The notes below the pieces were generated by a model that worked only from the letters and a program-made list of their open reading frames with translations, had not been told where the DNA came from and searched no databases. From positions 84,134 through 148,133 of the IMG/VR virus record IMGVR_UViG_3300023184_000035: 64,000 nucleotides of DNA, one strand, 5' to 3'. Position 1 is the stretch's first letter. Every line of letters begins with the position of its first letter. Positions 8,761 through 18,888 of the stretch are shown piece after piece. This DNA comes from a virus. Both the position numbers and the translations under genes were made by a program.

Positions 8761-9044
8761 TCAAACAAGAATTTCCCAACATTTACAAAATGACATTTCC
8801 TGAACATGCCGCTATGGTGATGAGACTTAATCTTCCATACACTGCTTACATTGATGAGCACAAGCATATTGCGGCCGAAACATGGTGCCGACAAACATTT
8901 GGCAGCAGATGGAGCATTGCCAGCACCGCTGGTAAGGGTGGCGTTTGGGCATGCAGGCATGGCGGTGTGGGTCATCACTGGCAATATTTGTTTGGCTTTG
9001 CTGAAGAAAAATACAAGACATGGTTTGAATTGAGGTGGTCATGA
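8757..9044 (+). CDS. LRW-family small protein 1
   Basis: WC..TFG…F.F.EE…WFELRWS. Confidence 0.75.
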   Translation: MIKQEFPNIYKMTFPEHAAMVMRLNLPYTAYIDEHKHIAAETWCRQTFGSRWSIASTAGKGGVWACRHGGVGHHWQYLFGFAEEKYKTWFELRWS

Positions 9045-9277
9045 ACAGCAAGCAAAGACGAAATCTTACCCGTAAATTAAAATATCATATTACACTGGGA
9101 TTTGATCCTGGAAATTATAATATTGAATTTGATGAAAATGTTGATAAAGCAATTGAATGGTGTATGAAGAAAACTACAGGGGCTTACCATATTGATAGTG
9201 ACACCTACTTTGAAAAGGTTATTTTTAGATTTGAAAAAGAACGTGATGCGGTATTCTTTACGTTGAGGTGGGTATGA
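9041..9277 (+). CDS. LRW-family small protein 2
   Basis: WC…FRFEKERDAVFFTLRWV; GAGGTG RBS. Confidence 0.75.
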   Translation: MNSKQRRNLTRKLKYHITLGFDPGNYNIEFDENVDKAIEWCMKKTTGAYHIDSDTYFEKVIFRFEKERDAVFFTLRWV

Positions 9278-9531
9278 ATACGGAACAAAGACGCAAAGCA
9301 ATCAAGAAAAATCATGCCACAATGTTTGGACATAGTGTATTGCTTGACAGTGTCAGAAGTGGCTGGGCAAGGACTTGGTGTGAACAACAGTTTGGAAAAC
9401 GCTACGAGGCTGTGGACAACGAACAAGGGCGGTGGGCATGTTTCTGGGGCGGCAGAGACCATCCCAGTCATTACAGATTTCATTTTGCAGATGATCAAGA
9501 TCGTATGTGGTTTGTGTTGAGGTGGTCGTGA
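9274..9531 (+). CDS. LRW-family small protein 3
   Basis: WCEQQFG…FHFADDQDRMWFVLRWS. Confidence 0.75.
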   Translation: MNTEQRRKAIKKNHATMFGHSVLLDSVRSGWARTWCEQQFGKRYEAVDNEQGRWACFWGGRDHPSHYRFHFADDQDRMWFVLRWS

Positions 9532-9764
9532 TGTTGCTGGGACATGGCACAGTGTATGGCGCACAGTATTATACTGTGGCTCCACCCATGGGCGGTACGC
9601 CCTGGCGTGATATGGAGGCCTGGTGCCAGGCGACATTTGGCGCCAGCACTGGCAGTATTTGGTCAGCCTGGCAGAAATCCAGCGAACGTTGGTATGTCAA
9701 CAACAGCAAGTTTTGGTTCCGTGATGAAGCAGATAGAACCTGGTTCTTGTTGAGGTGGTCGTGA
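9531..9764 (+). CDS. LRW-family small protein 4
   Basis: WCQATFG…FWFRDEADRTWFLLRWS (alternative GTG start 9528). Confidence 0.75.
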   Translation: MLLGHGTVYGAQYYTVAPPMGGTPWRDMEAWCQATFGASTGSIWSAWQKSSERWYVNNSKFWFRDEADRTWFLLRWS

Positions 9765-9919
9765 AGAATTTATTGATAATGTATACTGTGTTGAGTTTGC
9801 AGGGCTGTGCTACAGCATTTGCAGTGGCCGATGTGGCTGGTGCCACTGTGGTGTATGCAGGAAAAACTGTGGTCAACACAGTTGATGCCATCACCCCAGA
9901 CATTGTAAACAAGAAATGA
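9761..9919 (+). CDS. Small lipoprotein (52 aa)
   Basis: GTG start after GAGGTG RBS; MKNLLIMYTVLSLQGC lipobox. Confidence 0.65.
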   Translation: MKNLLIMYTVLSLQGCATAFAVADVAGATVVYAGKTVVNTVDAITPDIVNKK

Positions 9920-10152
9920 AAAAGTACTACGGTGGCATGAACGGCACTCAGAATCCTGATTTCCCATACCAGGTGCGTGTGATCAATTTCACTACTGAAA
10001 TGTTTGCGTGGTGTGAAGACTATGATGATCAAGGTGACCCGTTGTGTAGATTTCACGTGAACTGGGATTTGTATGGTAACGATTATGATCGTGTGACATT
10101 TGAGCAGGCGGCGCCGGCCATAATGTTTGCACTGAGATTTGGACGAGCATGA
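9916..10152 (+). CDS. LRW-family small protein 5 (divergent)
   Basis: MFAWC…VTFEQAAPAIMFALRFG. Confidence 0.7.
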   Translation: MKKYYGGMNGTQNPDFPYQVRVINFTTEMFAWCEDYDDQGDPLCRFHVNWDLYGNDYDRVTFEQAAPAIMFALRFGRA

Positions 10153-10187
10153 GAAAGAAAAGTTTATTAACTGCAAGAGGAGATTTT

Positions 10188-10607
10188 ATGGAAAACCCAT
10201 TACCTTGGGAACAGCAAGAAGTATTTAGATTGTTAAAGGCACAGCCCGGCACCAGCTATCAAGAATCAGACGAAACAGGTCGACACATTTTTAGAGACTG
10301 GGTGCGCAACCTGTTGAATGTGAGCGAAATCACTGTGACGTTTGTCAAAGCAGATGGCAGTATTCGTGACATGCGATGCACCTTGGATGGTGATCGTATT
10401 CCGCCTCAACCCCCAAGAGCAGAAAAGCCGGCCAAAGAAGCACCTGTAGACGGCTTAAGGCAACATGGCTTCTTGGGAGAGGCTAAAGAAGTCACCAAAC
10501 CCGAAGAATCGCACACCCAAAAAGTGTTTGACTTGGACGCAGGTGCCTGGCGCAGTTTCCGTTACGATCGGCTCAAAAAGGTCACAGCCAGCATGAGTTT
10601 TGAATAA
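10188..10607 (+). CDS. SH3/Sm-like beta-barrel (WYL_2-like) phage protein
   Basis: GAGGAG RBS; VTFVKADGSIRDMRCTL…VFDLDAGAWRSFRYD. Confidence 0.7.
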   Translation: MENPLPWEQQEVFRLLKAQPGTSYQESDETGRHIFRDWVRNLLNVSEITVTFVKADGSIRDMRCTLDGDRIPPQPPRAEKPAKEAPVDGLRQHGFLGEAKEVTKPEESHTQKVFDLDAGAWRSFRYDRLKKVTASMSFE

Positions 10608-10614
10608 GTAACGC

Positions 10615-10833
10615 ATGGCCAAAGAAGAAACAATCAGCATGGAGGGCAAGGTTCAAGAAATCCTGCCCAACACCATGTTTAGGGTATTGCTGGACGATGT
10701 CAACACAGAAGTAATTGCATATCTATCGGGAAAAATGCGCACACACAACATCAAGGTGTTGCTGGGCGATAGAGTTGCTATGGAGTTCAGTCCCTATGAT
10801 TTGACTCGTGGCCGTATCACACGCCGTAGATGA
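10615..10833 (+). CDS. infA: Translation initiation factor IF-1
   Basis: [20 protein letters not shown]…SGKMR…[17 protein letters not shown]. Confidence 0.97.
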   Translation: MAKEETISMEGKVQEILPNTMFRVLLDDVNTEVIAYLSGKMRTHNIKVLLGDRVAMEFSPYDLTRGRITRRR

Positions 10834-11555
10834 TAACAAGCACCACAAATCAAGTTCCGGAGTTGCAAGGGTTAATTCTCATTGACTGTTGGGAACCAAG
10901 CCAGAAAACCCGCCTGGTCATAAATCAATTCTATCAAAACATAATTGACAGCACTGTACAACACAATTTTGTTTGTGTCATCAACAGCGGCAATAATATT
11001 TTGTTGGATTTAACAGATCACAGTTTTGCAAATTTGTTTTACCATCACTGCAACAACCGGTTGACTTGGCTGCCGGAACATTTACAACAACGACACAATC
11101 GTGTGATTGCCAACAGTTGTAGGTGGGCTGGTCAAAGTCACATCAACAAAGAATCACAAAGCAATTCTAGCTCTAGACTTTTACACAATCATTTCTTAAC
11201 CCAGGAACGCGGAATCTACATCATGGATCCGTTGGATCTTGTGTTTCATAACCAATTGGTATTTTCAGGCCAGGTCAAAAATTGGTTAATTGTTGGCCGT
11301 AGTTGGCAAATGTGTGTTCACAGCAATGGCCTAGGGCTCAACAATCTAGCAGAATTATCCAGCAGGTTTGACTTGAATTTTTATGCCACAGATTACAGTT
11401 TTTTAAAAGAAGATAATGAAACCATGGCCACGCATGCGGATTTTGAATCTGATGAACTGGAGTGGGCAGTTGTGAGCAACTTTGGGTATCAATTGGTACC
11501 GTCAACCAAACGCAACCGATACTCTGAAATACTTGCTAAATATCTTTATGCGTGA
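10830..11555 (+). CDS. Hypothetical protein, possible isochorismatase/cysteine-hydrolase-like fold
   Basis: N-terminal LILIDCW and later [10 protein letters not shown] resemble Asp…Cys motifs of that family. Confidence 0.4.
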   Translation: MITSTTNQVPELQGLILIDCWEPSQKTRLVINQFYQNIIDSTVQHNFVCVINSGNNILLDLTDHSFANLFYHHCNNRLTWLPEHLQQRHNRVIANSCRWAGQSHINKESQSNSSSRLLHNHFLTQERGIYIMDPLDLVFHNQLVFSGQVKNWLIVGRSWQMCVHSNGLGLNNLAELSSRFDLNFYATDYSFLKEDNETMATHADFESDELEWAVVSNFGYQLVPSTKRNRYSEILAKYLYA

Positions 11556-12090
11556 ACACATCAACCTGGTAGAAGCCAGCACCAGACCGGCAAAATTAGA
11601 AACCACTCCCTTGCCCTACGGACCCAAGGACCTGGCACCTGTTATGAGTGCCGAAACCATTGATTATCATTTTGAACATTTGGCCAAAGGGTATGCCAAG
11701 CGTTACAATGCCGGAGAAGGCAATGCAGATTTCAATCGCGCTGGTAGCTTTTTACACAACAAGTTTTTCCCGCAACTGCAACCGGTCAAGGGCGCCAACA
11801 GACCTCGTGGTGCTGCACTTGCGTTGATTGAAGAGCACTTTAAAACCTACGAAGATTTCAAAGAAGCAGTTAAAGCGACTGCCATGAAGATACAAGGCTC
11901 GGGATGGGTGTACTTGAGCACTGGTGGTGAAATCAAAACCATTGCCAACCATGCTGTGCGCACAGATATATGCGTGTTGATTGACTGGTGGGAACATGCT
12001 TGGGCCCTGGACTATCAGTCAGATAAAGAAAAATATCTAGATAACATCTGGAAAATAATAGATTGGGACGTCTGTAACCAACGTCTGTAA
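11548..12090 (+). CDS. sod: Fe/Mn superoxide dismutase
   Basis: LPY…L.PVMS.ETIDYH…H, FLHN, GSGWV, DWWEHAW metal ligands. Confidence 0.93.
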   Translation: MREHINLVEASTRPAKLETTPLPYGPKDLAPVMSAETIDYHFEHLAKGYAKRYNAGEGNADFNRAGSFLHNKFFPQLQPVKGANRPRGAALALIEEHFKTYEDFKEAVKATAMKIQGSGWVYLSTGGEIKTIANHAVRTDICVLIDWWEHAWALDYQSDKEKYLDNIWKIIDWDVCNQRL

Positions 12091-12099
12091 GGAGTCAGC

Positions 12100-12342
12100 A
12101 TGTGGAGATATCTGTGGGTATTTGTACCCGTTGTGGCACATGCAGACATGAGCGAATGTATAAACATTGCTGATCAGAACAAAAAAAATTACTGCATGGC
12201 TTCCTACAGCGGGAGTGCCGCTTTTTGCGATAAGATCAAAAGTTACGAATCAAGAACACAATGCATGCGAATGGTAATTGCCCGACAACGACAATCCGCA
12301 TATCAAGTACCTAAACCACCCAAAAAGGAAGAAACAAAATGA
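12100..12342 (+). CDS. Secreted Cys-containing hypothetical protein
   Basis: AAGGAG RBS; signal peptide (AHA-D); 4 Cys. Confidence 0.7.
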   Translation: MWRYLWVFVPVVAHADMSECINIADQNKKNYCMASYSGSAAFCDKIKSYESRTQCMRMVIARQRQSAYQVPKPPKKEETK

Positions 12343-12659
12343 ACCTACAACCAGCTGCTATTAGTAAACTGCAAGAACTTGTTGCCGAAGAAGGCAATCC
12401 CAACTTGATGCTACGTGTGTTTGTGCAAGGTGGAGGATGCTCAGGATTCAGTTATGGATTTACATTTGATGAAGCACAAAACGAAGATGATTTTGACTTT
12501 GTTTACGACTCTGTGAAAGTTGTTGTGGACGCAATGAGCATGCAGTATCTGCAGGATTCGGCCATTGATTACAAGGAAGACGCCATGGGTGCCAGCTTTG
12601 TGATCAACAATCCACAAGCGGTGTCAACGTGTGGGTGCGGCAGCAGTTTTAGTGTTTGA
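12339..12659 (+). CDS. erpA: Fe-S cluster insertion protein ErpA/IscA (HesB family)
   Basis: [17 protein letters not shown]…NP…TCGCGSSF. Confidence 0.93.
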   Translation: MNLQPAAISKLQELVAEEGNPNLMLRVFVQGGGCSGFSYGFTFDEAQNEDDFDFVYDSVKVVVDAMSMQYLQDSAIDYKEDAMGASFVINNPQAVSTCGCGSSFSV

Positions 12660-12854
12660 ATTTAACCAGTTATCGTAAGTCTCTGCCAGCGGATCCACTA
12701 GTGTTTGTTTTCCTAGAGCATGCACAATCAATGGCAGGCCGGGAACAATTTTTTCTATTAAACCAGCATGGTCAGCCACCAAAAGAAATAACTTGTGTGT
12801 CTCTGATGGACTCAGTTGTCCAATTGCTTCAGTAATTGTTTGTATATCGTACAT
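12624..12854 (-). CDS. Hypothetical protein
   Basis: Coupled directly downstream of 12856-14772 on - strand. Confidence 0.55.
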   Translation of the reverse strand: MYDIQTITEAIGQLSPSETHKLFLLVADHAGLIEKIVPGLPLIVHALGKQTLVDPLAETYDNWLNSNTKTAAAPTR

Positions 12855-12855
12855 T

Positions 12856-14772
12856 TTATTTCCGTTCAATTAATCTACCCAGTTCAGCAACAAGTTTAAA
12901 CATCACAAACACTGGGATCAACATCAAGCCCTTGCCAAATCCTGCTGGCTTTTTGCTGGGGCCAAACCATCGTTGCCACACACCCACTGCTTTACATATG
13001 GGAATACCAGCTGCCATGATCATGCGTCCGGTCAAACTGCCTTGTTCTTTTCTGCCAACTCTATAGGCCATTTCTTCTGCCCAAGGTGTAGCAATGTCTT
13101 GTGCCCAAGAGGTTGACCATTTGGCAGCAGCAACACTGAATTCTTCATCAGTCATCCAAGGCATCATTTTGGGTCCACCACCACTCATCCAGTCTACAAC
13201 AATCTCGGCCCATGCCCGATATCCATTGTAGATGTCAGGACGCACTTGTACCAGTTCAGCACCAAATGCTTGATCAGCTTCGTATATATCTTGTGACATG
13301 AGGCCAAGTTCAAATAGTTTAGTACAGATGATCTTGCCACCTCCACCGCCACCTCCACCGCCACCACCAATTCCAGCTCTTGGTTCCCAACCAAAATAAC
13401 CAGCCACAGTGCTGAGTGTTGGTGCATAGTCATCACTGGCACCAATGATGTGAGTCCATGTCCCGTTGTATTTCACAAACACATTGCGAGATTCTTTCCA
13501 AACTCCGTTGACGTTTATATAGGCCTTTTGCACCGGGGTCCATGCATCGTCAAGTTTGACTTGATAACTGGTGGGACTGAACTCTAGCACAGCATATCCG
13601 CCATTGCCAGAAATGGTGTAAACGCCACCTAATCCGCCTCGCCCATCATACCGAGGTAACCCAGCACCGCCAGGTTTGAGCCCATTGGGCAGGTATGTGA
13701 CGTCGCCTGCTGATCCGCCATACATGCCAGAATATCCGCCAGTATCCCCACCAGGGACAGTGCCACCATTCCCAGCATTAACACCACCACCGCCACCACC
13801 GCCACCACCGCCATCACCTGTCCTGTTGGTACCATTTTGTCCGGCTGTGGTACCTGATTCTTGTCCTCGGTCACCAGGCGCATCTTGGCCAGTTGAGGCA
13901 CCAACATTGCCACCGCCACCGCCACCGCCACCACCGCCGGCCACGGCCAACAACGTGAAATTTTTAAACAGCAATGTGGCGCCGCCGCCGGCGCCACCAG
14001 CACCTGAACTGCCTGCTGGGCCAGCTGTGCCGCCGTAGCCACCGGAATATGATATATCTAGCACATCACTATCAGTAATAGTCACTGCAATAGATGCTGG
14101 GCCACCAGTGTTGACTCCGCGTATTCTCACAGAATGATTGCCGGCTGGTATCAACACTTGACTGTTGTACACAGTGGGCCAATTGGTACCACTCAGTACT
14201 TCATTGCCATCCACATACACATTGAAGTAGTTGTCACATGTGCCGGTAAAGGTGTAAACTTTTGTGAAAGGGAAATTCACAATGGCACTGTGATCAAACA
14301 CTGGTACATTGTACCAGTATGTGTAGTTACCACCACCCCAATTATAGCTGTATTGCCTTTTTTCTTCCCATACACCGTATTTGTTTAAAAAAGTAGGGTA
14401 CACATTGAGTGAATACTTGTAGATTGATTGGTAGGGACCAAGAGATCCCAATAATTCAAGTGTGGTGAAAATTGTGCCGGTTGTGGTATAGCCAGGACCT
14501 GGAATACCTGGACGACTGCCTTGTCCAGCACCAGTGCCACCCGATTGCCCGCCGCCGCCCACGGCAACATCTATTATGTCACCAGGTTCTACTGTGAATG
14601 TTTTTACCGAACACATGGCCCCGCAGCCATTTCCACCTCGATGACTGTCATTGCCGCCGCCGCCGCCACCTCCACCCCAAAGATATGCAGTCACATTGGC
14701 TTGGAAGCCTTCTGGCATGACCAGACGTTGCAGGGTATCTGTAAACCCAGTTGCTCTAATTATTTCTGCCAT
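12856..14772 (-). CDS. Glycine-rich virion/tail-fibre-associated protein with C-terminal 'KIICT' domain
   Basis: Poly-Gly runs, beta-sandwich segment (CDNYFNVYVDG), GGGGKIICTKL C-terminal domain. Confidence 0.75.
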   Translation of the reverse strand: MAEIIRATGFTDTLQRLVMPEGFQANVTAYLWGGGGGGGGNDSHRGGNGCGAMCSVKTFTVEPGDIIDVAVGGGGQSGGTGAGQGSRPGIPGPGYTTTGTIFTTLELLGSLGPYQSIYKYSLNVYPTFLNKYGVWEEKRQYSYNWGGGNYTYWYNVPVFDHSAIVNFPFTKVYTFTGTCDNYFNVYVDGNEVLSGTNWPTVYNSQVLIPAGNHSVRIRGVNTGGPASIAVTITDSDVLDISYSGGYGGTAGPAGSSGAGGAGGGATLLFKNFTLLAVAGGGGGGGGGGNVGASTGQDAPGDRGQESGTTAGQNGTNRTGDGGGGGGGGGGVNAGNGGTVPGGDTGGYSGMYGGSAGDVTYLPNGLKPGGAGLPRYDGRGGLGGVYTISGNGGYAVLEFSPTSYQVKLDDAWTPVQKAYINVNGVWKESRNVFVKYNGTWTHIIGASDDYAPTLSTVAGYFGWEPRAGIGGGGGGGGGGGKIICTKLFELGLMSQDIYEADQAFGAELVQVRPDIYNGYRAWAEIVVDWMSGGGPKMMPWMTDEEFSVAAAKWSTSWAQDIATPWAEEMAYRVGRKEQGSLTGRMIMAAGIPICKAVGVWQRWFGPSKKPAGFGKGLMLIPVFVMFKLVAELGRLIERK

Positions 14773-16437
14773 TTAAATTTGATACCAAATATCACCGTTA
14801 TTGCCTCCTGAAGGAGCAAGGGTTGAAATATATCTTGTGCCATATCCATTGGAGTTGGCAGCAATTGATATAGTTCTGTCGGCAGCTAATGTGCCTCCAC
14901 CTGACAATCCTGTGCCAGCTGTAATTGACGTGCTGGTCCAGGCCGCTTGTAAATTTGATCTTGCTTCGGCAGCAGTAGCACCACCTGTACCACCAGCATT
15001 GACCAATATTGGAGTAATGCCTGTGATTGAGCCACCAGTTATCACAACTGAATTGGCATCTTGACTACTCATGGTTCCCAGGTTGTCAAACACAGCAGTG
15101 ATACCAAGATTGTCTCTAGCACCCAATGGAGTTGATGCACCGGTGCCGCCAGCAGTGACCGGGATTGGTTGATCCAATGAAACAACCTGTCCGCCAGTTA
15201 TGGTTATTGCCCCTGATAAATTAACGCTGGAACTGCTTTGTGTGGCGATTGATCCAAGTCCAAGATTGTTTCGCGCCAATGCTGCATTGTTTGCACCGGT
15301 GCCACCACTGGCAACGGGTATGGGGTTGAACAGGCCATTGATGTTTCCGCCTGAAATTTCTACTGAGCTGGCATTTTGTACTGCCATTGTGCCCACAACG
15401 GTGACAGCGCCTGTTTGTAGACCAAGACTTGCTCTAGCATCAACTTGTGTGTTGCCGCCTGTTCCGCCACTGGCTATGGGAATAGGCGCACTTAATCCTT
15501 GAACTGTTCCACCAGTGATGTTTACTGCACCTTGATCTTGCTGGGCCATGCTGCCCAGCAAGCCGCCGGGATAACTCAAGGCATTGACCACAAATCCAGT
15601 TGTGGCCAGTTGTGTGTTGGCAGTGCCCAATCCAGGGGTTGGTGCAGTAGGAGCACCAGTAAACTGTGGACCAACTGTGACAAATTCTGTAGTGGCCAGT
15701 TGTGTGTTGGCAGTGCCCAAAGGTGCTGTGGGTGCAGTGGGCACACCAGAAAGTTGCACACTGTTGGTGACAAATGCTGTGGTGGCAATCTGTGTGGTAG
15801 CATCGCCTGACAGTGCTGTGGGTGCTGTGGGAGTTCCTAAAAATGCCGGGCTGGTTTTTTCAGTTTGTACAAATGCTGTGGTGGCAACTCGCTGAGTGTT
15901 ATCATTGTAATTTGCTGTGGGTGCAATCACATTGCCTGTGAACACTGGGTTGATCTTGTTGTTCTGCACAAAAGCAGTGGTGGCAATCCACGTGCTGTTG
16001 GTGGCAGTGGGTGCAGTGGGTGCAGTGGGAACCCCGCTCAGTTGCGGGCTATTTGTAACAAAACCAGTAGTGGCAATTTGTGTATTTGCTGTGCCCGAAG
16101 GTGCTGTGGGTGCTGTGGGCACGCCAGTGAATGTTGGGGATATTTTGGCAGCTTCTACGTAGTTTTGCGAGGCCAATACAGTCCAGGTATTGGCAGTATT
16201 GTACGCACTGATTAAGTCAGTGTTGGCATTATACCAAAGTTGCCCCAAAATAGGTTGTACTGGTGCTGTTCCATTGGCAAAATTTTCCAGCAAATACACG
16301 TAGTTTTCGTTCTGATATTCGCCGTAGTTGGTGACAGCTCGTCCCACTAGGGATAGATCAGTAGCTGTGGTGTTTACTGTACCGTCTCCCACAACGGCAA
16401 CAATTTGTCCACGACTGTTATTGATGATGTATGACAT
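14773..16437 (-). CDS. Tail fibre protein
   Basis: N-terminal baseplate-type domain (LSLVGR…YGE…NEN…LLENFA); ~6 SP.FTG.PTAPT…NTQIATTAFV repeats; GGTGA…AR.NLG repeats. Confidence 0.85.
   Translation of the reverse strand: MSYIINNSRGQIVAVVGDGTVNTTATDLSLVGRAVTNYGEYQNENYVYLLENFANGTAPVQPILGQLWYNANTDLISAYNTANTWTVLASQNYVEAAKISPTFTGVPTAPTAPSGTANTQIATTGFVTNSPQLSGVPTAPTAPTATNSTWIATTAFVQNNKINPVFTGNVIAPTANYNDNTQRVATTAFVQTEKTSPAFLGTPTAPTALSGDATTQIATTAFVTNSVQLSGVPTAPTAPLGTANTQLATTEFVTVGPQFTGAPTAPTPGLGTANTQLATTGFVVNALSYPGGLLGSMAQQDQGAVNITGGTVQGLSAPIPIASGGTGGNTQVDARASLGLQTGAVTVVGTMAVQNASSVEISGGNINGLFNPIPVASGGTGANNAALARNNLGLGSIATQSSSSVNLSGAITITGGQVVSLDQPIPVTAGGTGASTPLGARDNLGITAVFDNLGTMSSQDANSVVITGGSITGITPILVNAGGTGGATAAEARSNLQAAWTSTSITAGTGLSGGGTLAADRTISIAANSNGYGTRYISTLAPSGGNNGDIWYQI
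15590..16140 (-). repeat. Tandem ~30-aa tail-fibre repeats
   Basis: e.g. GTGGCCAGTTGTGTGTTGGCAGTGCCCAA at 15602 and 15692. Confidence 0.8.
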
Positions 16438-16509
16438 TGATCACTCCAATTCCCAGTATTTAGCGGTGCGCAGAGTTTTGGTAAATACCATACTGGGACG
16501 AATCAAAAC

Positions 16510-18888
16510 ATGGCACAAGAAATCATCAACGTAGGGGTAGTAGCAAACGACGGGCAAGGCGACCCGATACGATCTGCATTTACCAAGACCAACAACAATT
16601 TTAGTCAATTGTTTGCGGCTGGTGGTGTTAGTGGTATTTCAAACGGCACTAGTAATATCACAATTTTAGACAGTGGTGCCATCTTGATGAGCCCGCAAGG
16701 CACTGCTAACGTGATTACTGTAACCACAACAGGTGCCACTGTGACAGGCACACTGGTTGGTAGTCCCAATATTTCAGCCACAGGTAACGTACTTGCAGGG
16801 CAATTTTTCATTGGAAATGGTAGCCAATTATCAGGGGTAGTATCAACCGCAGCGGCTGCGCTGATCACTGGCAGCACACTGAGTTCCAACGTGTTGACCA
16901 GCAGTTTGACCACTGTGGGCACCTTGGGCACACTCAGTGTCACGGGCAACATACGCGGAGGAAACATCCTTACCCCTAATGATGTGGTTGCCACGGGCAA
17001 TGTGGCAGGATCTAATTTCAACGCAGGATTGAACATAAATGCATCAGGTAACGTAACAGGTGGTAATGTTATTGCCGCCAGCGCACTCAGTGTAGGCGGA
17101 GTTATCAGCGGTGCTGGCAATGTTGACATTGGCACACAGTATTTTATTGGTAACGGCAGCCAACTTTCGGGCATTGCTGTGAGTTCAAATGCAGCATTGT
17201 TGACCTATAGTACCTTGAGCAGTAATGTCACAATCAGCAGTTTGCAACAGCTGGGCAATCTCAGTTATCTTGTTGTGAGCAATGCACTGGGCAATGGTAC
17301 CATGGTGGTCAATGGTGGTATCACCACTGGAACTGCCATATCAGCCACTGGTAATATCACTGGTGGCAACATCAACACTGGTGGTGTGGTCAGTGCCACA
17401 GGCAATATCACAACTGGCACAGGCAACATTGGCGGCGGTAATTTGTCAGTTGGTGGCAACGTTATTGCTGTCAACATTGAAATTGGCACAGAAATAAGAT
17501 CCCTGGGATATATCACCGCCGTGGGCAACGTGATTGGCAGTAACCTGGTCACTGCAGGATTTGTTACCACAACTGGCAACGTGGTTGGGGGCAATTTAAC
17601 CACTGCAGGTATTGCCAATGTTAACTCGTTACGAGTTCCCACAACTGCCAGTGTCACTGGCAACATCACTGGCGGAAATGTATTAACAGGTGGGATAGTC
17701 AGCAGTACTGCCAATATCATTGGCGGAAATATCTTGACTGGTGGCATAATATCAGCCACAGGCAATGTCACAGCACCCAACTTTATTGGCAATGTGGTTG
17801 GTAATATTTCAGGTACTTTGTCAGCCCCAGGCGCCAATACACAAGTGGTGTTCAATGACACTGGCGTAGCCAATGCCACGGCAGGCATGGTGTTCAATAA
17901 AACATCAAATGCGTTTGCAATATCAGGCAACATCACTGGTGGTAATTTGATCACAGCTGGTGATGCCACAGTGGGCGGTAATGTAGTTGCTGGAGGCACC
18001 AATACCTATCTTAACACAACCAACATTTACGCTGTAGATCCTATTGTGAGTTTTGGGCGCAATGCCAACAATCAACCCTTGCTCAGCAGTGACAGCAAAG
18101 ATCGCGGAACACAACTTTACTACTTTGCTACATCAGAAAAGAGTTCATTTATTGGGTATCAGGCCAGCACAGGCAATTTGATAGCCGCAGTACAGGCCAC
18201 TGTCACTGGTGAAGTGGTCACAGTCAACAGTTATGGCAATCTTGTAGTGGGGACATTGTTGGGATCGGTGGTCAGTGCCACAGCCAATGTGATTGGTGGC
18301 AACATCAGCACAGGTGGTGTAGTATCAGCAGGCGGCAACATCACTGGTGCTAACTTGCTGGCAGCTGGATTAAGTTTGAGCAGCAACGTTATCAGTGCGC
18401 TCAATGTCACTGCCAATATTGCTGGCGGCAATATTCTAACACCAGGGTTGATTTCAGTTGCTGGCAATGTCACTGGTGGTAACATATTAACTGGTGGATT
18501 GATCAGTGCCACAGGCAACATTACAGGTGGCAACTTGACTGTCAGTGGCAACACAGCCACAGTCACCACCGCCAGTTATCAAATTGGCTACAGAGATTTG
18601 CCACAGAACACCAGTTTTGGTACCTTGGCGGCAACTGATGGTGGCAAACATTATTATGGGTCAGGCACAATCACCATTCCTGGCAATGGCACGGTGCCAT
18701 TTAATATAGGAACTGCTGTGCTGGTGATCGCTAGTGCATCAACCACAATCTCTCCAGCAGTTGGTGTGACATTGGTTCAAGCTGGTACTGGTTCAACAGG
18801 CTCAAGAACTTTGGCTGCTGATGGCATGGCCACCTTGGTAAAAGTTTCCACAAACACCTGGTACATCAACGGTACAGGGATAAGTTAA
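16510..18888 (+). CDS. Tail fibre/baseplate protein with T4 gp9/gp10-like N-terminus
   Basis: IINVG..ANDG.GDPIR.AF.K.N.NF..L N-terminus; many ISATGNITGGN repeats. Confidence 0.85.
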   Translation: MAQEIINVGVVANDGQGDPIRSAFTKTNNNFSQLFAAGGVSGISNGTSNITILDSGAILMSPQGTANVITVTTTGATVTGTLVGSPNISATGNVLAGQFFIGNGSQLSGVVSTAAAALITGSTLSSNVLTSSLTTVGTLGTLSVTGNIRGGNILTPNDVVATGNVAGSNFNAGLNINASGNVTGGNVIAASALSVGGVISGAGNVDIGTQYFIGNGSQLSGIAVSSNAALLTYSTLSSNVTISSLQQLGNLSYLVVSNALGNGTMVVNGGITTGTAISATGNITGGNINTGGVVSATGNITTGTGNIGGGNLSVGGNVIAVNIEIGTEIRSLGYITAVGNVIGSNLVTAGFVTTTGNVVGGNLTTAGIANVNSLRVPTTASVTGNITGGNVLTGGIVSSTANIIGGNILTGGIISATGNVTAPNFIGNVVGNISGTLSAPGANTQVVFNDTGVANATAGMVFNKTSNAFAISGNITGGNLITAGDATVGGNVVAGGTNTYLNTTNIYAVDPIVSFGRNANNQPLLSSDSKDRGTQLYYFATSEKSSFIGYQASTGNLIAAVQATVTGEVVTVNSYGNLVVGTLLGSVVSATANVIGGNISTGGVVSAGGNITGANLLAAGLSLSSNVISALNVTANIAGGNILTPGLISVAGNVTGGNILTGGLISATGNITGGNLTVSGNTATVTTASYQIGYRDLPQNTSFGTLAATDGGKHYYGSGTITIPGNGTVPFNIGTAVLVIASASTTISPAVGVTLVQAGTGSTGSRTLAADGMATLVKVSTNTWYINGTGIS

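Noticed and set aside
9030-9764. Regularly spaced TTGAGGTGG repeats as a CRISPR or attC array
   Set aside because: Repeat is only ~9-15 nt and lies within coding sequence, spacing is ~240 nt, it is not palindromic, and no cas or integrase gene is present.
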